A stretch of DNA of 64,000 bases from Phycisphaerae bacterium (GCA_020056715.1 JAGVHG010000140.1:5039-69038); one strand, 5' to 3'. Positions 52,531-62,166 are shown, numbered from the stretch's first letter. The notes: generated from the letters alone by a model not told the origin. A program made the numbers and translations.

Positions 52531-53228
52531 GCAGCGACTTGATCGACATCACCGACGCTTGGAAGGTCTATCATGTCGGCGAGGTGCAGGTGCCGGCTGT
52601 TCGCGGCGTCTCGCTGCGAGTTTCGCAAGGCGAGTTCGTGGCCATCACCGGACCCAGCGGATCGGGTAAGTCAACGTTCATGCACCTGCTGGGGTGTCTG
52701 GACCGGCTTTCGTCGGGGACATATCGCTTCGAGGGCCAGCCGATCCAGGAGCAGTCGCGTTTGCAACTAGCGCGGCTGCGGAATCGGCGGATCGGTTTTG
52801 TATTCCAAAGTTTTAACCTGCTGGCGCGGACGACGATTGTGGACAATGTGGCTTTGCCGCTCATCTACCAGGGCGTGGGGCGTTCCGAACGAAGGAAGCG
52901 GGCGTCGGAACTGCTGGGCCGCATCGGCTTGGGCGACCGACTGCGGCACCACACCAACCAACTTTCCGGCGGACAACAGCAGCGCGTAGCTATCGCCCGG
53001 GCATTGGTCACTCGCCCCGCGATGCTCCTGGCCGATGAACCCACCGGCAACCTCGACACCAAGACCAGCCACGAGATCATGACTCTGTTCCAACAGCTCA
53101 ATCGTGACGAAGGCATTTCCGTCGTGGTGGTGACGCACGAGGCGGAGATCGCCGCCTTCGCCCGCCGGCACGTCATGTTCCGCGACGGGCTGATCGTGCA
53201 GGACGTCTTGCAGGCCACCGCGGCGTGA
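52527..53228 (+). CDS. MacB/LolD-type ABC ATP-binding protein
   Basis: [27 protein letters not shown] and [10 protein letters not shown]. Confidence 0.93.
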   Translation: MSSDLIDITDAWKVYHVGEVQVPAVRGVSLRVSQGEFVAITGPSGSGKSTFMHLLGCLDRLSSGTYRFEGQPIQEQSRLQLARLRNRRIGFVFQSFNLLARTTIVDNVALPLIYQGVGRSERRKRASELLGRIGLGDRLRHHTNQLSGGQQQRVAIARALVTRPAMLLADEPTGNLDTKTSHEIMTLFQQLNRDEGISVVVVTHEAEIAAFARRHVMFRDGLIVQDVLQATAA

Positions 53229-53332
53229 TACTCCTATTTCCCGCAGGCGGGCCGCCCCACGCGTACCGAAGAAGGGTTCGGCCCCTGAGCTCCTTGCGGG
53301 AAACGACCTTCGCCCGGTAAAACAGCCCCCAA

Positions 53333-53569
53333 ATGAAAACGACGCAGTATTTTGAGTTTCGACGGAGGCTACCTGATCGCGCCGATATTCAGGATGCGTG
53401 GATCGACGAGGTCATTCGACGTCCCTACAAGACGCAAAGGCAGTCCGATGGTAGAATTAGGATGTGGGCGAAGATCGAGGAGGCCGGAGGGCGGCATCTT
53501 CGTGTGGTGCTGTTGGAAGACGGCGAAACCGTGCACAACGCATTCTTTGATCGCAGTTTTCGAGGATGA
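53333..53569 (+). CDS. Small putative toxin (DUF4258/RelE-like fold)
   Basis: MKTTQYFE..R..PDR..I...WI..VI..P...Q.DGRIR.W...GGR.LRVVLLEDGETVHNAFFDR. Confidence 0.7.
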   Translation: MKTTQYFEFRRRLPDRADIQDAWIDEVIRRPYKTQRQSDGRIRMWAKIEEAGGRHLRVVLLEDGETVHNAFFDRSFRG

Positions 53570-53574
53570 CGGCC

Positions 53575-53772
53575 ATGAAGGTCAAGTACTTCACCGACAC
53601 CGACACGCTCTACATCCAATTGAACGAGCGTCCCGCCGCTCAGACCACCGAACTCAACGAGAACGTACTTCTCGACCTCGATCGTGACGGCAAGGTCGTC
53701 TCCCTCACCGTCGAACACGCGGCCCTGCACTCGGGAAAGATGGATTTTTCGTACGAAGCAACGGCGGCATGA
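53575..53772 (+). CDS. DUF2283 putative antitoxin
   Basis: MKVKYFTDTDTLYI.L......T.E..EN..LDLD.DG..VSLTVEHA. Confidence 0.85.
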   Translation: MKVKYFTDTDTLYIQLNERPAAQTTELNENVLLDLDRDGKVVSLTVEHAALHSGKMDFSYEATAA

Positions 53773-53867
53773 TCCCTCCCCCGCTCCCTTTCCGTCACTC
53801 TTTGCCTTCGTTGCCCCACTGTCCGATCTATCACGGTCGCGGCTCGGATCGGTTATAATCCATCGCC

Positions 53868-55085
53868 ATGAGCCCGCTGATCATTCTGTCCGAATCGCTC
53901 CGCAGCCTGCAAAAGAACAAGGTGCGCACCGGGCTATCGGTGCTGGGCATCGTTATCGGTATCGCCGCCGTCATCACCATGGTCGCCGTGGGGGAAGGGG
54001 CCAAGCGCCGTGTGGAGAAGGAAATCGCCACTCTCGGCGACGACTGGATCATGATCGGTTACTGGGGCGTGCAACGCGGCGGCACACGGCGACAGACGGG
54101 GCTTCCGCGAAACTTTACCAGCGAGGACGCCGACGCGATCGAGCGTGAATGCGACGCCGTCCGCGCCACCACGCCGGTCAACCGCATCACCATGCAGGTC
54201 GTGTCCGGCTTCGGCAACTACCAGACCAACGTGATCGGGGCGCGGCCCAACTATTTTGACATTCGACGCATGACGCCGGCTGTCGGTCGTGTGCTTAACA
54301 ACGATGACCTGCGGATGCTCAACAAGGTCTGCTGCATCGGGGCGACCGTCTCCCGCGAGCTTTTCGGGGCGGTCAACCCTGTCGGGCAAACCGTGCGGAT
54401 CAATCGCGTGGCCTTTGATATCGTCGGGCTGCTGGAGCCTAAGGGTGTGGGAAGCGACGGCCGAGACAATGATGACGTCATCGTTGTGTCATTCACCGCA
54501 CTGGAACGCTACCTTGCGGGAAGCGAGCGCTCCGGCACGTTGCTCGCCGCGGCCAAGAAGGGCTACGATTCTTCCGTTGCCCGACAGCAAATCCGTGACC
54601 TCCTTCGACAACGTCACCGCCTTGCGGAAGACGAGGACGACGACTTCCGCATCTTTGACCGCTCGCTCACCATGCAGGCCAACGCCGAGGCCACGCGGAC
54701 GTTTAACACGCTCCTTACCACGATCGCTTCGATATCGCTGCTGGTCGGCGGCGTGGGCATTATGAACATCATGCTCGTATCCGTGACGGAGCGTACGCGA
54801 GAAATCGGTCTGCGCATGGCCATCGGCGCGGCCGGTTATCAGATCCTTGAACAATTCCTCTGCGAGGCGATCGTGCTGTGCGGGATGGGCGGGCTGTTCG
54901 GCTTTGTCGGTGGGTGGGGCGTGTCCAAGTTTGTTTCCTCGTACTACGGCTGGGACACGGTCGTTTCCTATTGGATGGCCGCTCTTGCCGTCGCCTTCGC
55001 GACCACGGTGGGGCTGTTCTTCGGCTTCTATCCCGCGTGGCGCGCGAGCGACCTCGACCCGATCGACGCCCTGCGCTATGAGTAG
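53868..55085 (+). CDS. MacB-family ABC permease
   Basis: NK.RT.LS.LGIVIG, SLLVGGVGIMNIMLVSVTERTREIG and YPA..AS.LDPIDALRYE. Confidence 0.93.
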   Translation: MSPLIILSESLRSLQKNKVRTGLSVLGIVIGIAAVITMVAVGEGAKRRVEKEIATLGDDWIMIGYWGVQRGGTRRQTGLPRNFTSEDADAIERECDAVRATTPVNRITMQVVSGFGNYQTNVIGARPNYFDIRRMTPAVGRVLNNDDLRMLNKVCCIGATVSRELFGAVNPVGQTVRINRVAFDIVGLLEPKGVGSDGRDNDDVIVVSFTALERYLAGSERSGTLLAAAKKGYDSSVARQQIRDLLRQRHRLAEDEDDDFRIFDRSLTMQANAEATRTFNTLLTTIASISLLVGGVGIMNIMLVSVTERTREIGLRMAIGAAGYQILEQFLCEAIVLCGMGGLFGFVGGWGVSKFVSSYYGWDTVVSYWMAALAVAFATTVGLFFGFYPAWRASDLDPIDALRYE

Positions 55086-55220
55086 GCGGCGGGCCGTCCG
55101 CGGCGTCCACGCAGGCACGATACTATTGACGCGAGGTTACGTGCGTAGATAATTCATGGGTAGCCATTACCATGCTGAAAAAGGAGCAACGCAAGCTCCG
55201 CGAAGAAATGAGGTAACGTC

Positions 55221-55466
55221 ATGACTCTCGAACAACTCCGTAGGATTCACGGAAGCCGACCCTTCAGACCGTTCACCATGTACATGGCTGACGGGCGATC
55301 GCTTACCGTGCCGCACCCGGAAATGCTGTGGGTACCGCCGCAGGCGTCACGGACGGTTCATGTCGAAACCGGGCCGGATGTATCCGAGTACGTCGATTTA
55401 CTTCTGGTCGCGTCCATTGAAGTTGGTAACGGCAAGGCCAGTCGCAACGGGCGGAAAAGACGCTAA
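55221..55466 (+). CDS. Small hypothetical protein (PFxPF...DG...V.HPE family)
   Basis: GAGG RBS; MTLEQLRRIHGSRPFRPFTMYMADGRSLTVPHPE. Confidence 0.75.
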   Translation: MTLEQLRRIHGSRPFRPFTMYMADGRSLTVPHPEMLWVPPQASRTVHVETGPDVSEYVDLLLVASIEVGNGKASRNGRKRR

Positions 55467-55510
55467 CGCGTTGTTAATTGGTGCGCAGGCGCGCCTTAAC
55501 CGATGCGAGC

Positions 55511-55727
55511 TTACGGCTCCAGCTCGATGGTGACCAAGATCGAAGGGTCGGACACGAGACCGTAGTCGGCGGGGTCTTCCCCATCCAAAGCGATGGGCGA
55601 TGACTTCCTTTAGATTGCCCATGGCCTCGTCGAGCGTGTTACCCTGCGTTACCGCATGAACATCCGGGCATTCAACTATGTACCCGCCGTCCTCGGGATA
55701 GATAAATGCTTTGATGCTACGTTTCAT
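55511..55727 (-). pseudogene. hicB: HicB-family antitoxin with +1 frameshift
   Basis: MKRSIKAFIYPEDGGYIVECPDVHAVTQGNTLDEAMGNLKEVIA, then one extra base, then IALDGEDPADYGLVSDPSILVTIELEP. Span is 217 nt (3n+1). Confidence 0.75.
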
Positions 55728-55877
55728 GTATTGACTGCCGCTCCGTCCAGCCCCGGATTTCGTCTCGTCAGCATACCGCCGTAGAGCGGCGAAAGTCAAA
55801 GGACACCGGCAAACTGCTGGCCGGTCTCGGAGGGCGGTGCATTGACCACGCCCAGACCTTCGGATACCAACGACTCT

Positions 55878-56426
55878 ATGCGGCGAGAGACCTGTGGGGT
55901 ATTGCTCTGGCTTGCGCTAGCCGGATTTATAAGCGGGTGTAGCGGAGTCGGCGCGACTACCGTGCGTAACTTGTCCGTTTTCGACGAGTTTCATTTCGAG
56001 TGGACGCCAGGCTTGGGGTTTTGCCCGCCGGCCGAGTCCGTGTTGTCCGCAACCATCCGTCGTTCGCCGACCGGTGAATATGCTCTCGAGATGACCGTGT
56101 CGAGTGAGAGCCGTCCGACGAATGGCGGTTGCGCCGCGGATACCGAGATCGAAACGATTGATGGCTGCGCCCAGATCATGGAACTGCCCTCGCGCGTGCT
56201 GACACAGGACGAGATCGACACCATGCTCGACCTCTTTCGTCGAGTCGTTGTTTGGCGCACTGTATTCTTAGAACCCTGTTTCCTCCGTGTAGTGGACCCG
56301 TGCGTTACAACGAGTTTTATCTGGGACGATTTCGAAACGACCGACTTCCCGTGCAACCCGACGCATTTAACTGCACAGGAGGCCTCAAGTATCCTCTTTT
56401 TCCTCGACACACTGCGGAGCGATTGA
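55878..56426 (+). CDS. Hypothetical lipoprotein
   Basis: LALAGFISGC lipobox and paired cysteines. Confidence 0.6.
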   Translation: MRRETCGVLLWLALAGFISGCSGVGATTVRNLSVFDEFHFEWTPGLGFCPPAESVLSATIRRSPTGEYALEMTVSSESRPTNGGCAADTEIETIDGCAQIMELPSRVLTQDEIDTMLDLFRRVVVWRTVFLEPCFLRVVDPCVTTSFIWDDFETTDFPCNPTHLTAQEASSILFFLDTLRSD

Positions 56427-56432
56427 CCAAGC

Positions 56433-57194
56433 GTGCGAACCCCACTCATTGCCGGAAATTGGAAGATGCACAAGACGCTCGCGGAGGCCCGCGAGTTAGT
56501 CGCGGGCATTCGTGAGGGCCTCACGACCATCACCGGCGTCGACGTGCTGATCTGTCCGCCGGTGCAACTTTTATTCCCGATGGCCAAGGCCGTCGCGGGA
56601 ACGAAGATCATGCTCGGGGCACAGAACGCCCACGAAGCGGCCTACGGCGCCTTCACCGGCGAGGTCTCCGTGCCGATGTTGAAGGACACCGGCTGCACAT
56701 ACGTCATCATCGGCCACAGCGAGCGGCGGCAGATCTACAAGGAGGACGGCCTGCTGCTCGCCAAGAAGGTCCGTGCAGTGGTCGGCGGCGGGCTTAACGT
56801 CGTCTACTGCGTAGGCGAGACTCTCGACGAGCGGGAGTCCGGGCGTACCCAGGCTGTGGTCGAGCGGCAACTAACGGAGGTTGTCAAACCCGACGTACCA
56901 GCCGATCGACTCATCATTGCCTACGAACCGGTCTGGGCTATCGGAACCGGTCGGACGGCGACCCCAGATCAGGCCCAGGAGGTTCACGTTTTAATCCGCA
57001 CCCACCTGGCCGGCATCTACGGGAGGCCGACAGCCGATGCCATCCGTATTTTGTACGGTGGGAGCGTAAAGCCGGACAATGCCGCCACTCTGCTTTCCCA
57101 GCCTGACATCGACGGGGCCTTGGTCGGGGGGGCCTGTTTGGCCCCTGACGATTTTTTGGCTATCATATCCGCTGCCCAGACCGCCCGGGCGTAG
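56433..57194 (+). CDS. tpiA: Triosephosphate isomerase
   Basis: Motifs [32 protein letters not shown] and YGGSV. Confidence 0.98.
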   Translation: MRTPLIAGNWKMHKTLAEARELVAGIREGLTTITGVDVLICPPVQLLFPMAKAVAGTKIMLGAQNAHEAAYGAFTGEVSVPMLKDTGCTYVIIGHSERRQIYKEDGLLLAKKVRAVVGGGLNVVYCVGETLDERESGRTQAVVERQLTEVVKPDVPADRLIIAYEPVWAIGTGRTATPDQAQEVHVLIRTHLAGIYGRPTADAIRILYGGSVKPDNAATLLSQPDIDGALVGGACLAPDDFLAIISAAQTARA

Positions 57195-57285
57195 GGGGCG
57201 GGTTATAGTTCGACCGGTCGTCCGCCGCAGGCGGACTCCCGGCTCTGATTGTTTACCGACCTTACGGTGATAGCGAGACGTTTGT

Positions 57286-57879
57286 ATGAGCATGTTGGCT
57301 GAAATGACCTGGGGGCAATGGGCTTTAGGAAGTTTCCTGGTCTTCACTTGTTTTATTCTGATGCTGGTCATTCTATTGCAGAAGGGCCGTGGGGGCGGGT
57401 TCTCCGGGGCTTTCGGCGGCGCGGGCGGATCGAGCGCCTTCGGAGCTAAGACCGGCGACGTGTTCACCTGGATCACCGTAATCGTGGCCGGGGTGTTCGT
57501 GGTGCTGACGGTTTGGAGCAATTTCGTCTTTGATGAATCCCTTAGGCCCAAGCTTGCTTCTGAAGCCGCACGAGTCACACCCCTCGATTTCCCCGTGGAG
57601 GGCCTGGATGGTGCTCAGCCGATCGATCCGATGAAAATGGAACTCGGCATCGTCGATCCCAACACGGGCGAGAAGAGCACAATCCTAGTCCCCAATAAAC
57701 CTGTGACACCGCCGGGCGGCGTGGCGCCCGCCGAGCAACCGTACGATGCCACGAACCCCAAGCCCGCCGAGAGTGCTCAACCGCCTGGTTCCGCCGCCGA
57801 TCAGCCGGCTACGTCACCAAAGGAGACACCGCCGGTGGGCGAGAAGAAGGACGAAAACGAAAACCGTCCCAACCCATGA
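57286..57879 (+). CDS. secG: Preprotein translocase subunit SecG with long Pro-rich tail
   Basis: ILLQKGRGGG.SGAFGG.G.SSAFG.K between two TMs; directly follows tpiA. Confidence 0.9.
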   Translation: MSMLAEMTWGQWALGSFLVFTCFILMLVILLQKGRGGGFSGAFGGAGGSSAFGAKTGDVFTWITVIVAGVFVVLTVWSNFVFDESLRPKLASEAARVTPLDFPVEGLDGAQPIDPMKMELGIVDPNTGEKSTILVPNKPVTPPGGVAPAEQPYDATNPKPAESAQPPGSAADQPATSPKETPPVGEKKDENENRPNP

Positions 57880-58757
57880 TTGTATCGATGACCGGATACG
57901 GGGCGGCGCAGCACACCGAGAACGGTGTAAGCCTCGCCCTCGAACTCCGTACGGTGAACAACCGGTACCTCAAGCTGTCGATCAAGCTACCCGAACATTT
58001 GCAGTTCGCCGAGAGCGACATCGACAAGCTTCTACGACATCGCCTGGCCCGCGGGACCGTGAGCTACACCGTCCGCGTCCGCAGCGACGGTACGATGCTC
58101 AAGGCGGTGGATCTAACGGCGCTGCAGCGCTACGTGGATGTGTTGTCGCAGGTTCGAGTCCCAGCCGGAGTACAGCCGGTCATTGACCTGGCGACGGTGG
58201 CCTTGCTGCCGGGTGTCAGCGAGTCGCCGGATATGGACGACGAAGCGAAACGCCGTTGCGTGGAGGTGCTCACGGAGCTGACCAACCGCGGGCTGAATGC
58301 CTTGATTGACATGCGTCGTGAGGAGGGGCGAATCCTCCACGACGACCTCCTGGGTTGCAGCGAGGCCATCCGCAAACACCTGGCCTTGATCGCCGCGAGG
58401 GCTCCGGGGGTGATCGACGAATACCGCGAGCGGTTGCGAACGCGGGTAGCGGCGTTGATGCAAGGGGGCGGATTTCAGCTTGAAGCCGACGGGCTGCTCC
58501 GCGAGATTGCGGTGTTCGCCGAACGTTGCGACATCAGCGAAGAGATCAGCCGCTTGACCTCGCATCTGGACCAGTTTGCGGAGGTGTGCGACCGTGACGA
58601 ACAAGTGGGCCGGACGCTTGATTTTCTGGCCCAGGAGATGCTCCGCGAGGCCAACACCATCGGCTCCAAGAGCAACGACGCCGCCATCGCCAGAAACGTC
58701 GTGGAGATCAAGGGGCTGATCGACCGGTTGAAGGAACAGGTGCAGAATGTTGAATGA
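57876..58757 (+). CDS. yicC: YicC-family endoribonuclease
   Basis: SMTGYG, E.RTVN.RYL, DISEE..RL.SH, GR.LDFL.QEM.REANTIGSK and KEQVQNVE. Confidence 0.95.
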   Translation: MIVSMTGYGAAQHTENGVSLALELRTVNNRYLKLSIKLPEHLQFAESDIDKLLRHRLARGTVSYTVRVRSDGTMLKAVDLTALQRYVDVLSQVRVPAGVQPVIDLATVALLPGVSESPDMDDEAKRRCVEVLTELTNRGLNALIDMRREEGRILHDDLLGCSEAIRKHLALIAARAPGVIDEYRERLRTRVAALMQGGGFQLEADGLLREIAVFAERCDISEEISRLTSHLDQFAEVCDRDEQVGRTLDFLAQEMLREANTIGSKSNDAAIARNVVEIKGLIDRLKEQVQNVE

Positions 58758-58825
58758 GGAATTCGGAATGCGGAAACGGCCTTACGCTTGTTATTCGGCA
58801 TTCCGCATTCACCATTCCGCATTCG
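58752..58825. repeat. Inverted heptamer tandem repeats (GCGGAAT / ATTCCGC type)
   Basis: GAATGAGGAATTCGGAATGCGGAA...ATTCGGCATTCCGCATTCACCATTCCGCATTC. Confidence 0.75.
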
Positions 58826-58857
58826 ATCGATGGACATCGTGCGGGGAGTGGTGAAAC

Positions 58858-59436
58858 GTGCCCGCGCGAGGTTGTTTGATCGTCATCAGCGGGCCGTCGG
58901 GGGCGGGCAAGACCTCGATCTGCAAGGCCCTGTTGGAGGGGCTGCTCGATACGGTGTGGAGCGTTTCGGTGACCACGCGGCCGCCCCGACCCGGTGAGGT
59001 GAACGGCGATAGCTATCAGTTTGTGAGCCGCAAGGAATTTGAGGCGAAAGAAGCGGCCGGGGAGTTACTGGAAAGCGCCGAGTACGTCGGCCAGCGCTAC
59101 GGGACCCCGCGACAACCCGTGGAAAAAGCTTTAGCCGCCGGACGGAACGTGGTGATGGAAATCGACGTGCAAGGCGGGATGCAGGTGGCCGAGAAAATGC
59201 CTAAATCGGTGCGTATCTTCGTGATGCCGCCCAACATGGAGTCTTTGCGGGCACGGCTCGAAGGGCGTCGGACCGAGGCCGCCGGGCAATTGGCCAAGCG
59301 CTTGGCCGAAGCCGACGGCGAGATCGCCATCGCTCGCGACAGCGGTTGTTACACCCATTTTGTGGTCAACGACGTATTGGAAACGACGGTCGAACAGGTA
59401 AAACGAATCATCGAACAGGAGCGTAGGCAAGCATGA
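58858..59436 (+). CDS. gmk: Guanylate kinase
   Basis: SGPSGAGK, SVS.TTRPPRPGE..G..Y.F, YGTP and EIDVQG. Confidence 0.96.
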   Translation: MPARGCLIVISGPSGAGKTSICKALLEGLLDTVWSVSVTTRPPRPGEVNGDSYQFVSRKEFEAKEAAGELLESAEYVGQRYGTPRQPVEKALAAGRNVVMEIDVQGGMQVAEKMPKSVRIFVMPPNMESLRARLEGRRTEAAGQLAKRLAEADGEIAIARDSGCYTHFVVNDVLETTVEQVKRIIEQERRQA

Positions 59437-59648
59437 TCGAAGCATTGCGGCACGACCATCTAATGGACATGGTCGGCGGACGGTTCAAGCTGACGGCCCT
59501 TATCCAACGGCGCTGGTTGCAACTACTGCAAGGAGCGAGACCCATGGTCGACCCCAAGGGCCTCACCGAAATGGAGGTCGTCATTAAGGAAATCCTGGAA
59601 GGCAAGATCGACTTCGAGATTGTCCCAGAAGCCGAGGATGACGAATAA
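59433..59648 (+). CDS. rpoZ: RNA polymerase omega subunit
   Basis: VGGRFKLTALIQRR..L..GARP...EI..GKI; gmk-rpoZ-coa gene order. Confidence 0.88.
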   Translation: MIEALRHDHLMDMVGGRFKLTALIQRRWLQLLQGARPMVDPKGLTEMEVVIKEILEGKIDFEIVPEAEDDE

Positions 59649-59664
59649 CCGTGCCTGCCAAGAC

Positions 59665-59703
59665 CCCTCTCCCCCCGCAGGGGGAGAGGGTAGGGTGAGG
59701 GGG
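59665..59703. repeat. CCCTCTCCC...GGGAGAGGGTAGGGTGAGGG palindromic repeat
   Basis: Seen directly; same family as 27821-27850. Confidence 0.7.
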
Positions 59704-59710
59704 TTCTCGG

Positions 59711-60307
59711 ATGCACACTGCGAGTGACACTTCCACGACGAGCGACCTGGGCGGCTATGAAGTTCTCGTCTGCGTCTGCGGCGGGATCGCGGCCTACAAG
59801 GTCTGCGAGGTCGTCTCTAAGCTGGTGCAACGCGGCGCGGGCGTGACCGTGGCCATGACCCGCTCGGCCAAGAAGTTCGTCGGCCCCACGACGTTTCAGG
59901 CCCTAACCGGTCGCCGCGTGCTTACCGACTTGTGGTCCGCTGCCGACCCTAACGACGTGCAGCACATCGCCCTCACCGGCGTCGCCGACCTTGTGCTCAT
60001 CGCCCCCGCGACGGCCAACATCATCGGCAAGATCGCCTCCGGCATCGCCGACGACGTGGTGACAACCCTTGTCATCAGCGCCGCCTCGCCGGTGGTCCTC
60101 GCCCCGGCCATGAATGACCGCATGTGGGCCAACCCCATCGTGCAAAGCAACGTCGCCAAGCTCAAACAACACGGCTTCACGATGGTCGGCCCCGGCGAAG
60201 GCTGGCTCGCCTGCCGCAGCATCGGCCCAGGCCGAATGGCCGAACCAACCGAAATCCTCGAAACCATCGCCGCAAAGCTAAAGTCCCACCCGTCGAAAAA
60301 TACGTAG
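59711..60307 (+). CDS. coaC: Phosphopantothenoylcysteine decarboxylase (stand-alone CoaC)
   Basis: GGIAAYK, HI.L, APATAN, PAMN..MW and LAC...G.GRMAEP. Confidence 0.92.
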   Translation: MHTASDTSTTSDLGGYEVLVCVCGGIAAYKVCEVVSKLVQRGAGVTVAMTRSAKKFVGPTTFQALTGRRVLTDLWSAADPNDVQHIALTGVADLVLIAPATANIIGKIASGIADDVVTTLVISAASPVVLAPAMNDRMWANPIVQSNVAKLKQHGFTMVGPGEGWLACRSIGPGRMAEPTEILETIAAKLKSHPSKNT

Positions 60308-60316
60308 ATCGGATCA

Positions 60317-60370
60317 CTGGTGCGAGAATCCTTTCTCGCACCCACCTTCGCGGGAATCCCTTCCCGCGAA
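60317..60370 (+). repeat. Double-hairpin REP (left flank of RAYT)
   Basis: CT-GGTGCGAGAA-TCCT-TTCTCGCACC-CACC-TTCGCGGGAA-TCCC-TTCCCGCGAA. Confidence 0.9.
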
Positions 60371-60377
60371 TCCGGAA

Positions 60378-60911
60378 TCAGAGTTCCAGTACATCCATCT
60401 CCAGGCACACGCCGCTGCGTCCAGCGTACCAGCCGGCCGAGCTGTACCACCAATCCTCGGGGTCGGCGATGAGCCCCTTGCGGACCGGGTTCTCGTGTAA
60501 ATAGCGCAGCTTCTGTTCAAACACGCGGCGCGAGCGGATCGCCTGCGGGTGAAAGCCGTCCTGCCAGAAGGAGAACTCGCCGCGCTCACGGCGGGCCCGT
60601 TGGGCGGCGCGTTCGAGCCACGCGAGGATCGTGTCTCTGTCGTCGGCGACGAGTCGTTCGTGGATCGTGCGCGACGTGAACCGTTTGAAGTCGCGCATCA
60701 TCGCGTGGAGATCGTCGGCCGCGGCGATGCAGTGCAGGTGGTTGGGCATGACTACGAACCCGAAGAGCTGCAAACCCTTTTTCGTCCGGCAAAACGATAA
60801 AGACTCGATCAGCGGGTCAATGAAACGGGCGTCGATGAAGACCGGGATCCAGTCCAGGATCGTGATCGTGCAGAAGTGGGGGAGGTACTCGCCAGCCTGA
60901 TAACGGGGCAT
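60378..60911 (-). mobile_element. REP-associated tyrosine transposase (RAYT/TnpA-REP, IS200/IS605 Y1 HUH family)
   Basis: HFCT.T..DWIPVF, FVVMPNHLH (HUH), DFKRFTS, FWQDGFH, YLHENPVRKGL...PEDW.YSS; flanked by inverted REPs. Confidence 0.92.
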
Positions 60912-60937
60912 GTCCGTCAGGGTATCGTCCGCGATTG

Positions 60938-61029
60938 TTCGCGGGAAGGGATTCCCGACGCTTTGGGTGCGAGAAGGGATTCTCGCACCAGCGACATGAC
61001 CGGCTAGTGCGAGAAGCCCTTCTCGCACC
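60938..61029. repeat. REP cluster right of RAYT (inverted double hairpin plus single hairpin)
   Basis: 60938-60991 is an inverted copy of 60317-60370; 61004-61029 reads CTAGTGCGAGAAGCCCTTCTCGCACC. Confidence 0.9.
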
Positions 61030-61088
61030 ACGACAGCAATCGACAATCGACACTTGTCCTGATCTTCGAAGGAATCGACAATACGTCC

Positions 61089-61715
61089 ATGCGTCTTCTG
61101 GTGACAGCCGGTCCGACGCGGGAGTTTTTCGACTCCGTGCGTTTCATCTCCAATCCGTCCAGCGGAAAGATGGGCTATGCGATCGCCGCCCAGGCCGCGA
61201 GGCGGGGCTGGAAGGTTGACCTCATCTCCGGTCCGGTGGAACTGCCGGCGCCGAAGGGCGTCAAGGTGACACGCGTTGTCACTGCCCAGGAGATGTTCGA
61301 CGCCGCGACCGTCCTGTTTCCCCGCTGCCAAGCGGCGGTGATGACCGCGGCGGTTTGCGACTACCGGCCCGCAACGCGGCTCGATCGCAAGCTAAAAAAA
61401 AGCAACCGCCCGCGTTCCCTTCGACTCCTGCCCACCCCCGACATCGCCGCGCACCTGGGGAAGAGTAAGGGTGACCGGATCGTGATCGGGTTCGCCATGG
61501 AGGACCACGACGCCCATCGCCACGCGGAGGCCAAGCTACGCCGCAAGCGATGCGACGTCATCGTCCTCAACGGACCGGCCAACGTCGGCGGCGACCAAGC
61601 CACGGTGGAAATCTTCCGGACGGCAAGCGGATGGGATCCCCCCGTGGCCGGTAGCAAAACCCGGATCGCAGAGCTAGTGGTCGATCTCGTCCAGCTTCTA
61701 GCCGTGCCAGTTTGA
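61089..61715 (+). CDS. coaB: Phosphopantothenate-cysteine ligase (stand-alone CoaB)
   Basis: LVTAGPTRE..D.VRFISN.SSGKMG, AAVCDY, GFAME and K..RK.CD.IVLN. Confidence 0.92.
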   Translation: MRLLVTAGPTREFFDSVRFISNPSSGKMGYAIAAQAARRGWKVDLISGPVELPAPKGVKVTRVVTAQEMFDAATVLFPRCQAAVMTAAVCDYRPATRLDRKLKKSNRPRSLRLLPTPDIAAHLGKSKGDRIVIGFAMEDHDAHRHAEAKLRRKRCDVIVLNGPANVGGDQATVEIFRTASGWDPPVAGSKTRIAELVVDLVQLLAVPV

Positions 61716-61720
61716 TGCTC

Positions 61721-61922
61721 TTGTTCGCGGGAAGGGATTCCCGGCGCTTTGGGTGCGAGAAAGGATTCTCGCACCAGCGAATGTGTCACGGACCTTGGCT
61801 GGTGCGAGAATCCTTTCTCGCGCCCACCTTAGCAACCCCCATTGTGAAATTGGGATGACGCTCAGCCCCCAAGTGTCTGTTAGGCTGGGAAACTGGCTGG
61901 TGCGAGAATCCTATCTCGCACC
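61721..61922. repeat. REP cluster downstream of coaB (3 copies)
   Basis: 61721-61780 differs from 60935-60994 at 2 positions; 61799-61830 and 61897-61922 are forward copies. Confidence 0.9.
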
Positions 61923-62166
61923 AACTGGTTCCTAACCTACGTTTTCATAATGGGTTACCTATAAAGCAAACATTAGAGTAATCAGCCTGTAACGGTCAAA
62001 TCGTGTTCCAATCGCGCTTTATGCTCGAAAATATGGGCAAATGTTCAAGCTACGGAGAGTGGACCGCCGATCTAGCAGGGACGGTCAATGCGCGGTTCCG
62101 CGCCTGGTGCGGACGGTGCCGCGTGGGAGCCGGGCGGAAGGCGAGAAATATTTTTGGGATTGACGG

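Noticed and set aside
60912-61331. N-terminal 140-aa extension of the RAYT ORF
   Set aside because: It runs through REPs and antisense coaB; the transposase domain begins at the ATG at 60911.
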